NCBI GenBank assembly: GCA_044892525.1
Contig: CM097885.1
Location: forward strand, 37,822,001-37,886,000
Direction of reading: 5' to 3'
From: Schmidtea polychroa
Lineage: Eukaryota
Length of the DNA stretch: 64,000 nucleotides
Below, piece by piece: positions 27,801 through 38,047 of the stretch; position 1 is the first letter of the stretch, and each line of letters starts with the position of its first letter. The notes under the pieces are model-generated. The model did no database searches. It saw only the letters and a program-made list of their open reading frames with translations, and was not told the DNA's origin. A program made the translations under genes and the position numbers.

Positions 27801-30102
27801 TTCACCATTTAGCTGGAAATATTGTTTATTAATAATAACTTTCGCTCAATAACATAAAAAGTATCCACGGTTTTTAAACGGTAGTACGAAAGGTGTTGGC
27901 AAATGGTAAAAAGGAAAGAAAAAAACCAAAATGTTTTTTTATACCAATTAATGATTAATTTGATTTTAAAACGTAAGAAACTCTTTTTACTAGTTCTGCC
28001 ATATGACGAAATTTTGGAATGTGAAATATTGATTTTAATGTGCAATTGAAAGGTGAACATTGTGATTATAATCAGAAATTTTTTACGCTATAAAAGTGTT
28101 AATATTGATTTATAAATGCAAAATTGTGCTAAATAGAGATTTTTTTGGCATTGCGATTAAAATGTGACGATATAAGACTTTTCATAATTTGTTTCGGCCA
28201 AAAGATGGAGATTGTCGATGTGTACACTTTTGCTGACGACAACTTTTCCCTATCTCCGAAAGAGAATTGTCTAACTGAAAATTTCAATTTTTCAAATCGA
28301 AAATTATTTTTTATATAGAATTTTAAGACCTTCAATTTTTCCCAAGAAAACGTTTTCATTGGAAGATGGTCAAAATTAGGAAAAACATTATTTTTCGAGT
28401 CATGAATCGTCGTATCATAGTTTAAAAGTTCTATATAGTACATTTCGTTTGTCAACAATTTTCTATTTTTACTCTATATTTACTTCACTGAAGTATGTTT
28501 GTATGTGCCACGCAAATTTTGTCAGGCCAAATTAACCTAATTAACCTAAATTGAGCTGAAATTTGGCAAGTAGATTCGTTGTCGAGAAAACTGCAAGCTA
28601 TCAAAATTTCATATCGACCCGATCACGGAAATTGGGTTAATTTAAAAAATATTGATATGTCAAATCTAGTGCTATTTAATTATTTCAATATAAATTATTA
28701 TCTATTCGGATTAAACAGATAACGTAATTATATCTAAAATATGTTGAAATTAAGAGTTTCAAAAACCATGTTTTTTATGGTCGATTTTTAATGTTGAAAC
28801 ATCAAAAATTCGTCATTTATTTTCCACATCATTATTTACTATAATTACATTATAATGATTATATGATATAATGTCGATATATAATTTGAAATTTAAATTA
28901 TTTAATAAATAAATAATAATTCAATTAGCAATTATAATTGGTAATAGTTGCCAAACACATTTTTATCACTATGATATTATCTCAAAAAAATTTTTAATTA
29001 TAGGCAAATGTAGTAAAATTCGTTTACAATTCTCCCAGCCTATTTGCAAATAATCTTCATGTTCTCCTCTTATTTTTGATTTGATTTTTGGTGATGGTAC
29101 TCCAATATCCGATATAATAAAAATAAAAAACCCCGCCAATAGATATTTCCAGTCATTCGAAGGCAAATTTAACTTTCACCCCGAATTTCCATAAAGGATA
29201 CCAAACAAAATGGTAAAGTTCAGAAATTGATAATATTGACGAAAATATGAAAAATTTCCAAAGCTAACAGTAAATATCCCTAATTTCAAATACAACTCTA
29301 GAACACCGAAAATGATACTTTAAACATAGAAATTACTTTGATGGTACGATGAAAAGAGGCGCAAATCAAATAATGAAAAATCTATAAATGAATACCAATT
29401 TAAATTCGATACGATAACTATAATAAACAGCTACATCAAAGGAAGTTTGCTATTATTAAAAAAAATAATTTTATTTAGTAATCTATAACTTGATTGAATG
29501 ATTTTATACTTTCACATTTGGGCTTGTCAGTGTATGGTGACATTCTATAAATAACCTTTATGCCAGGATATAATAAAAAGGCTAATCGATTATTAATATT
29601 TTAACAATGATCAAATGTTTTAATTTTTAATTATTACACTAAAAAATTTCAGATTATTTCTCATTTAATGGAAATTTGTATAAATTGATTACAAAGGAAA
29701 CTAAACAACCTTGCACAATATCACATCAGAAACTAACGCCGAAATATTCCAATATATAATTCTAGCTGGTAGTCCAATTGTAAAAATGCCTACGAGACCT
29801 ATTTCATTTCTCATATGTTTACCTATCAAAATTTTGATTGGTTAAAATTGAAAAATTTTCTTTACAGTATGTAAATATCGAAGGATATTTATAAACTTTT
29901 TCGCCTATTCCAAATGATGATAAAAGGGAATGTCCTAAATATTTCGGAATTGGCTCATATCCTAACTATTATTAATATTTTAGAATTAATATTCATGTAC
30001 TATTACCTGCATTAAAGTTCTAGCATGAGTAAGTGGGTGCGTCAAAACAGTATAAAATATAGGCAGAGCATAGCTTCCAATATCATCTAATCGAATGGAC
30101 AT
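21826..30102 (-). CDS. MTCH2: Mitochondrial carrier homolog (MTCH1/2 family), 11 exons, 289 aa
   Basis: Exons 30007-30102, 29866-29965, 29710-29822, 27738-27812, 27634-27691, 27526-27580, 27413-27472, 22144-22279, 22030-22097, 21917-21977, 21826-21873; all GT-AG and phase-consistent (870 nt). HPLTHARTLMQLGYEPIP, IARSVAVIIAYPFQV, DEGILGLYGGLKAKLIGEI and FSRGSSLFLR match MTCH2 QPLMYVKVLIQVGYEPLP, IARSAATLITHPFHV, EEGILGFFAGLVPRLLGDI and MSRGNSLFFR. Confidence 0.93.
23464..25029 (+). mobile_element. Internally deleted hAT-superfamily transposon (probably hATm-like) in MTCH intron 7
   Basis: 16-bp TIRs tagggtgccaatgaaa, 8-bp TSD atatatat. ORF 24007..24570 is a transposase N-terminal part (KLPSNRQVL, FWMKARIP, DDLFDVAH, IEEDKKFL..QR..GR). 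A short C-terminal remnant (VVEKHRHDYPDPKKSTL) follows and the catalytic core is missing. Confidence 0.82.
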
Positions 30103-30562
30103 AATAAAATTGTTTATATTATTTTTAATTAATTAAATATAAATGATTTTTTTCAAAAATATGCTTAATTCAATATATTTAAACACAATTTACTATAATT
30201 GCGTCTCAATTTTATTATTCATTACCTTTAAGTTCGAACGTAGAGAAAGTTTAAAATATACTAAATTTTTTTAAATTTTCAAAGATTTTAAATATTTATT
30301 AGGTTCAATTTTTCTAATTGAATGAGAATAAGATAAGAAAATATGTAGAAAGAACATTATTATTTCAAAAAATGTGAATATCTTAAAACAGCATCAAATT
30401 TATAATAGAATAACATAACTCAAACCTCACTCATTTAACTAGGTATCTAAATTGCAAATGCTTTTGGAAATTGCATTAGCCATCTAATAAAAATATTTAA
30501 ATCAAATCTAATTAAACTAAGAATCACGGTTTTATTTACATCAACTATCATTTGCTTGACTC

Positions 30563-30760
30563 TGTTGAGCTGGAACCGAGAATTGAGTGTTTGTTTTAAT
30601 GGATTGAAAATAAATAACATAAAAACCGCACCAAGTTAAATTAAAATTCATGATCATACACCAAATAATACAAAATAAAGTACATAACACATTGAGGATA
30701 AATAAAACACGTATAATAAAAAAAAGGAACGCAAGAAGTTACAATTACTAACACAGTTAA
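30563..30760 (+). mobile_element. Diverged 5' fragment of the long-LTR family
   Basis: tgttgagctggaaccgagaat... is homologous to 31198-31381 and to the reverse complement of 33330-33515. Confidence 0.8.
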
Positions 30761-30860
30761 GAGAAAAATAAAGCATTCCAAAAAAATCTATTAATTAGAA
30801 AAATAAAAGAATAATAAATAAATTTAAAATTGAAATTAAACATTTTTCCAGTAAAACTGA

Positions 30861-31174
30861 TGTTGGATATCCGGGAAAGAGGAAAATTAAAACAAGATAA
30901 AGCTGTTCCTGTCTGCTCAGCGCGTGGTTCCCTGGATACCCAAGATGACCTTAGCTAATTTCCTTATGTGTGCCCGTGGCGATGTCACACGTTGGTTCTG
31001 CGCACATAGGTCGGAATTTACTAACAGGTGAGCCCCTCCCTTATGACTACTCTTAGTAAACTCGCAGTTCGGGTTCAAAAACGCCATAGAAGGACTTACC
31101 CTGATTCAGACCTACCATTCGGTGCGACCCTGGTCCAAGGGGACGACCTTGCTAGAAAATTTCACTGTCAAACA
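30861..31174 (-). mobile_element. Short (314-bp) LTR-like unit distantly related to the long LTR
   Basis: TGTTGGA...TCAAACA termini followed by atcactc, as the long LTR is after 33515. Shares colinear motifs with 31480-31635. Confidence 0.65.
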
Positions 31175-31197
31175 ATCACTCATCAGTCGCATACTAC

Positions 31198-31381
31198 TGT
31201 TGGGCTAGAACCGAGAATCGAGAGCTTGTTTTAATGAATCAAAAATATATAACATAAAAATCGCACCAAGTTAAATTAAAACACCTATCAATACAAATTA
31301 AAGTACATAACACATTGATGATAAAAAAGACCCCGGTAATAAAATATCGGAACGAGAATAAAGGTCGCAATCACTAACACC
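31198..31381 (+). mobile_element. 5' end of an older, plus-oriented long LTR interrupted by the nested element
   Basis: Reverse complement of 33330-33515 with mismatches. The rest of a plus-oriented LTR is at 47915-49287. Confidence 0.8.
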
Positions 31382-31385
31382 ATGA

Positions 31386-33515
31386 TGTTGGTTACTTAGG
31401 AGTGTGTCATTTTATATTTTAAATACGTCAGGGGCAATTTAGATATTCACTCGACTCTTTCCTAAGCACCTCCATGACTCTTGCACCTTAAACCATTTGT
31501 GTACCCATGGCGACGACCATGTTGGTACTGTACACAAAGGTGAAAAAACAATGAGCAGGTGAGCTCTATTACTAAAACTACTCCCCATTGTATTTTCTTT
31601 TCGGGTTCTAGACTGCCGATAGAAGGTCTTACGTCATTATTCACTATGTATGCTGTTTTTAGATCATTTGTGGTCCTCAATTAAGGGTATTTCCAACTGT
31701 TCCCTTGTAAATTTTTTTGCGCAGGGATCCGCCCTTATTGTCCATCTAATAATTATCGTTATATACTCCCTATAATATCCAAATTATCCTTCAAAAAATT
31801 TGAGCATGGGTTGGCCCTTATTCATAAGTTAATTACACATGTTTCCACACTTCTCATGAAAATTTGAGCAGGGATCTGCCTGTATTCAAATCCTGAACTA
31901 TCGAATGTCTTAACTATTCGTGGTTTCTATCAAATTGCCTAAACCTACTTCCTCTACCGACAGCAATTCATAACTATTCTAAAATTTTTCCTAACTCAAT
32001 AATACCTATGAAAATAAAAGTCCTACACTTTCTAACTCTAAATAGGGCCCTAAACTATCGCAAATTGATTTTACCCCCTCTAACCGTTCATCTCCCTATC
32101 TATATTCCCTACCCCGATGGACTCAACTGGTGAAACATCTGCTGACTAACAGCACGTAGTGCCGCCCGTCCACAAACCTTCCCCAGTCCAGACCATCGAC
32201 ACATAAATATCCAGAAAAAACCCAACCTAAATTATCATATTATTCAAGAGGGACAAAATAACATACGCCAAACATAAGAAGTAATTCAAAACAAATTCCG
32301 TTAAAAATTTTATTAATTCCTAAAATTGTATAACATTAGACTTAACAACAACAAAATGAATAATACCATACCAATATTAACAATTAACTTCAATTTAAAA
32401 TAACATTATCTAAATAACCAAATAAATTAACTAAATAGTATTAACTAAAATTAACTTCAATTTAAAATAGCATTATCTAAATAACAAAATAAATTAACTA
32501 AATAACATTAACTAAAATTAACTTCAATTCAAAATAACATTATCTAAATAACAAAATAAATTAACTAAATAACATTAACTAAAATTAACTTCAATTTAAA
32601 ATAACATTAAACCTAACAAAATTACACTACACGAAACAAAAAATCAAATTTACCTCACCGCGATGGCATGGAATCGAAAATTGAGAGCATATGTTCATTG
32701 CCAGTAAATGAATTGTTGTGTAACCAGTTGAGCGTGAGAGTTTTTTAAATGAAATTTCACTCAGTATTTATACTGATTGAATTATACGCCTACGCAATAT
32801 CTGCTGTTATATCCAATTAGAATGCGAGGCACTTCTGATTAATTTTTGCATGCATGCATGAATGTGTGCAATTATTTATTTTTTTAATTTAATTAATTTA
32901 ATTAATCAAAATTCTAATTTTTATTAACTTTTAAGATTTATTTTTATAAATTCTATAATTTAAATAGTTTTTGCTAATTTTAATTTAGTTTTACAAGTTT
33001 TATAATTTAAATAAGTTCAGTTAATTTTACTTTAGTTTCATTAATTTAAACAATTTGGTTTTATAAGTTTTATAATTTAAATAATTTTGTTGGTTTTATT
33101 TTTAGTTTTCATTAAACAATTTAGTTTTATAAATTTTATGGTTTATCTAATTTTACTACTTTTATTCTACTTTTTATTATTTTACCAGTTTACTAGATAA
33201 TTTATTTTAAATTTTAAATTTATTTATTTAGAAATTTTTCATATTATTAATTAATTTATTACCCATTATTTTATTTATTATTATTTTATTTCTTAGTTGT
33301 TATCTATTCCGAATGTGATGTTTCTCCTAATTGTGTTAGTGATTGCGACCTTTATTTTCGTTCCTTTATTTCATCACCCGGGTCTTATTTATCATCAATG
33401 TGTTATGTACTTAAATTTGTATTGATTGGTGTTTTAATTTAACTTGGTGCGATTTTTATGTTATGTATTTTTGATTCATTAAAACATGCTCTCGATTCTC
33501 GGTTCCAGTCCAACA
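31386..33515 (-). repeat. 3' LTR, complete, 2130 bp
   Basis: TGTTGG...CCAACA inverted termini. Contains a 67-bp tandem array (32382-~32610). Confidence 0.88.
32765..32817 (-). promoter_or_regulatory. Putative LTR promoter (TATAAATA at 32765-32772 on minus, CCAAT element ~40 bp upstream)
   Basis: Both motifs, and a downstream GAG|GTAAAT donor-like site at 32653, are retained in the diverged copy (~48040-48218). Confidence 0.5.
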
Positions 33516-33799
33516 AATCACTCCGGGACCCGTTAAAATTGCGTCCCGCAATTCTGTTAGACATATGAATTTCCCAGATCATAGTCTATTACATTTCCAT
33601 TAACCGATAAACATACTATAACAGTTTAAGACATGTTAAAATTGAATTATCAGAAAAAGATCTAAGCTAAAATTCAAGCAGTTGCCACATACAGTGACTG
33701 GTCATAATACACACACATACTTATACCGTGTCCAAACTCAAGCCAAGTCACAAACAACAGTTTTATTTCTGGATCAATTCTTCAGTTGGTTGTTTCTTC

Positions 33800-36160
33800 T
33801 CGTTTCTGGGTTCGGTTTTCAATCTTTCGGCTGGGTTTTGTAGGCATGTTTGATTCCTGTTTTTGATTTTCAAAATTAGCTCGTAATACTTACTGAAGAT
33901 CATAGGATTCTCTCTATCGGGGTTTGACTGTTCTCCCATATTCTCTTTGGATTTTTAGGTTGGGATTCTGATTTTCTGGATCATTTGATGGTATATGACA
34001 GACCTTGCTCAAGGGTCTTCGGAACTTTTGTTCAACTGGGTGATTTGACACATTGATTTTTCTTTTGGTTTTTCTTGGTGGTTTTGTTTACGGTATTGCT
34101 CTTATTAAGGGATTTTCTTTCTTTAATGGGTAACTCGAATTATTTTCGATTTTGATCTAAGTTCGCTTGATTTGATTAAGTTTCCAATGTCACTGGGTCT
34201 GTGACTTTCGTCTCATTTATCAGGATCTTTTACCGTTCTTTGTTTAGGGCTTCCAAATTAGGTATTACTTTTGGATATTCGTTTAACGCATTCTTTCCGG
34301 GTTTGCACTTTTATCTTTCTTCTGGATTTATATTCTTTCTTCTCATTTGGGCTTCTGTTCTCCTTTACCACTGTGAGGGTTCAAATTTAGTATTTTCCCA
34401 ACTGATTACTTGATCCATTTCTATTTTAATTACTTATACATCGATCCTTTGCTACATTATACATCAATTTTTACATATGTACACTTCCTATTTGCTATTT
34501 TCATCTACACTTTTTCTTTAATTTCCACTTCACTCTTTATACCCTCAGTTTCCTTTACTTGGCGTCATCATTTTTGTGTCTGCTGCCATTTCTCTGCATT
34601 TCTCTTGCTTATTCATCATTTCGTTGATTCTTAATTCGGCTGACCTTGCTTCTTCGTTTAGTCTGAGTATCGTTGTTTTTTGTACTTCAGTTTCTTTGTT
34701 TTGTTTTCGGCAACTTGTCCCCATATCATTATCAATTCATCCTGTCTCTTTTCTTTCATCACAAATTCTTTTATTATGTTATCTTGTTCTATACATTGTC
34801 TTCTCAATTCTTCGGATACGTTGAGTTTTACATGTTTCTTCCCTTCTACGTACGGTTGTCGACTGTTATTTTATTGACATCAGAGGTTGACAATTTTTTT
34901 TTCTCTGACTGTTGAATTCTTTTCTCAGTGCATATATGCTTGGTTGTTTCTGCGGTACTTCTCCGTGATTGATTTTTCTCTGGATTTCACCTTCGGACAG
35001 TTGTTAATTACGTGTCCTGTTCTTTTACATTCGTTTTTACACCTTTTTATACGAAGACATTTCTTTTCGCAATGCCTCATTCTCTGACAATTCCAACCCA
35101 TCATATTCAAAGAACAATTACGCTCATTGTGTCCTCGCTGCTGGCCTTGGTTACGATACTGTTTTACTTTATTTTCGATATTTGGTTAAATCTCACTTTC
35201 ATTTTTACCGTTCTTCTGTCACGATGTTTTCATTATTTTCACCAATTCGATTCTCGTGGAGTTCGTTGGTCTTCGATTTGTGGCAATATCTTCTGTTGCC
35301 TGCTCTCATGCGATTCTCTTGGATTGCTGTAATATCAGCCTAATTTTCCGTATTTTTATAATTTCTCCGATTGTTCCCAATGATTCTGATATTTTGATGG
35401 TCCAATGTTACATTTTCTATTCTTTCAATTGTTTCACTTTCCACTCTTGAGTCCAGAGTTCTTTGTAATTCCCGTTTGTTGCTCGGTACCACTTTCATCA
35501 TATTGATTTGTATTACTTTTCTTTGTTGTCTTTCACACATTTCTTCTATCTTTTCCCTCTGGCTGTCAATGATATCAACTCTCAACAGTTCTTCCTTTCT
35601 TCTCCTCCAATACTCTTCTTCTCTTTTTGCCTGAAGTTCTTTTCGTCTACTCCATCTTTCTTCTGCTTCTCGTGCCTTTGTGATCTGTAACGTGTTTCAT
35701 CCTTGTTGTTGTTTAGTTGGGTTGTTTTCAATTTGTGATCTGCTTCCAACTTATTGTAATACATTTATTCTTGGAGGTTGCTTTCTTTCTATTTCAGATT
35801 GATACTCGATTATGTTACTGCATAGTTTCGTAAGGATGGTTGTCTGATTTTGCATCTCAGCTAGCTTGTTCGCTCATATATCCATATTATCTCTCCATCG
35901 TTGGTTTCTTTCTTTAGTTAGGTTTCAGTGTCTTTTACTAGTTCTGCTTTTACATTATTTCCTCTTTCATGAAGTTCCACTGGCGTTTTAAACTTTTCGA
36001 CTGACTGTTTTACAATTCCTTTTACCACTCTATTTTGAGGGTCAACTTTCCGTTTTTGAGATGCCGCTTTGATTTCTCCTTTTCACTCTCTTACGTTTGC
36101 TTGAATTTGATTGTTCGTTTTCCTTTCTTTGCAGCTTTCATTTCTTCTTCGTTTGACATA
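33800..36160 (-). pseudogene. Decayed gag-like ORF: charged coiled-coil region plus three tandem CCHC-type knuckles
   Basis: At ~34995-35150: RNQGQQRGHNERNC / GWNCQRMRHCEKKC / CKNECKRTGHVINNC, with lost Cys codons one base from TGY. E/R/K-rich stretch at ~35500-35680. Many stops and frameshifts; boundaries approximate. Confidence 0.65.
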
Positions 36161-37707
36161 CTTGGTTCTATTATCGATTGGCTTAATGATTTGGTGATGA
36201 ATTCTGGTTGATTGTTGATACTTGGCTGTTATCTTGATTGATTGATTTACCTTACTAGAAAAATATCACTCCTCCTTACCGTTTATTATCTTTATAAATT
36301 ATAATTTATATATTATATAACATAATTGCAATATTTTTGTTTTGGTTTCCTTGGGCATCTCTTAATATTTGTTCCCTCGTTCCCTTAGTTTACACCTTTA
36401 TTCTCATGTTTTACTTAATTTTCTCGATCCTTATTTATTTTAATTCGTATTCTTTTTCCTCGTTTCTATGGTTTTCTTGGCTTTGAATGACTATCCCTCT
36501 ATCTATTAACTTGTATTACCTCTTAGTTTTTCTCCATTACTATGGTACTTGTTCTGTTCTCGGTTGTTTCCAGTTTTAATCATTTCTTGAGTTTACTATA
36601 GCGGTTACCCTTTATATTTCCTCCTTTCATTAACTATTATTGTCATCGTTGCCGTTTTTCTTGACTTAGTTCATTGTTTTACTTAACGGTTTCTCTTCTT
36701 AAGTTTGAAACTATATTCGCAGTTGTACTTGTATTGCCTCTCATCTGTACTGACTCATTCCTTGTCATTTCTATAACTCATTCTTAACTAGAATTTCCAT
36801 TATTCTTCTTATATTCTCATTCATTCTCTCTTACCAGATTATCTAATATCAATCCATTTCTTGTCATTTCTACTGAGATTTCATTTATTTTCTGTTATAT
36901 ACCTACCCAAAATTTTACCAATCTTATCATTCCTTAACTTGCCACTCTTTACCTTATAAATTTCTAACTCGTTCGTTTCTGCATTCAAAACAATCATCTG
37001 AAACAAAATTCTTATCCCATTGGTCTCCGCTTTCGAGACTTATTAAAAATTCTCAATTTCCCCGATTCTACTTTTGAAACTTTAAAAATCATTATCTGGT
37101 CCGCTTTTACTTTTGAAACTTCCAAATGATGTACAATTCCTATTTCGTCGGTTGTGATTAACCATAATCCTAAATTTTCGTCGATGTTGAATTATCTATG
37201 TGGTCGTATCAATTATCTATGTGGTCGTATCAATTATCTATAATTATCAATTATAATATCGATAGGTCGTTGTCGGTTACTGCTTATTACCCCCCATATT
37301 TTCTTAATCCTTTTACGCGGTTCCACTATTTCACTTATTCCTTCGTCTCTATTTCCCCTTACTCGGTTCTACTCTGGAACCAAAAACAAGATTCGTTTAT
37401 CCGGTTTAAACCAAAAAAATTCTGTAGCACTTTGTCTACCTACCTGGGATCCCTTTTAATTAGTTAATTATTTTCCTCTCTTAATAATCATTCATTCACA
37501 CTTATTCTTTATTTTCGTTATCTCCTTAATTCATTTTCCTTTTCTGTTTCTCTTTCTCCAAAAAAAAATTTTTATCACCTTCCACGAGCTCGTTTAATCC
37601 TCCCTAAATTCGAATTCTCGTATTTAAATTCAATCCGTTTCTAGCTAGCTTTAATATCTTATCACTATTAGCTTAAATGCTATCCCATTATTTTCCTAGG
37701 CCTTTAC

Positions 37708-37870
37708 GACTGGCTGGCACTTTTCAACAGCTCAATCTTCATTATCCTGACCGGCTGGACTTCTCAGAACTCGGCCTTAATATCTCCGAACTGGCTGGAC
37801 TTTTCACAGTTCAGTTTTAATTTCCCTGACCGGCTGGACTTCTCACAACTCGGCCTTAATATCTCCGACT
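37708..37870. repeat. ~40-bp tandem repeat x4 with alternating A/B units
   Basis: Recurring ac(c/t)ggctgg(c)actt. Units 2 and 4 are nearly identical (gaccggctggacttctca-aactcggccttaatatctccga). Confidence 0.85.
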
Positions 37871-37979
37871 CTGCATGCTTCTATTTTTCTTCTAAATTAT
37901 CATTTTCTCTATTTTTACTTTTAATTGTCGACCTAATCTTTACCGCTTGAGAATGTTTTCCCCTTTCCCCTGAATCCGG

Positions 37980-38047
37980 ATTCGCATCTATTATTCGCAT
38001 CTATTATTCGCATCTATTATTCGCATCTATTATTCGCATCTATTATT
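37980..38047. repeat. 13-bp tandem repeat (attcgcatctatt) x5
   Basis: Directly visible. Confidence 0.95.

Noticed and set aside
31140..31190. Hammerhead-like CTGATGA...GAAA on the minus strand; also ctgatga at ~44907
   Set aside because: Stem II does not pair convincingly and stems I/III with a cleavage triplet could not be built.
31462..31680. 72-aa ORF repeated at 45994..46212 and mirrored at 49057..49239
   Set aside because: Repetition only reflects LTR copies. No domain, TTG start, and the frame is not evidently kept in the short LTR homolog.
32382..32610. Regularly spaced repeats superficially like a CRISPR array (also 37708-37870)
   Set aside because: Head-to-tail tandem units without unique spacers, no cas genes, eukaryotic context.
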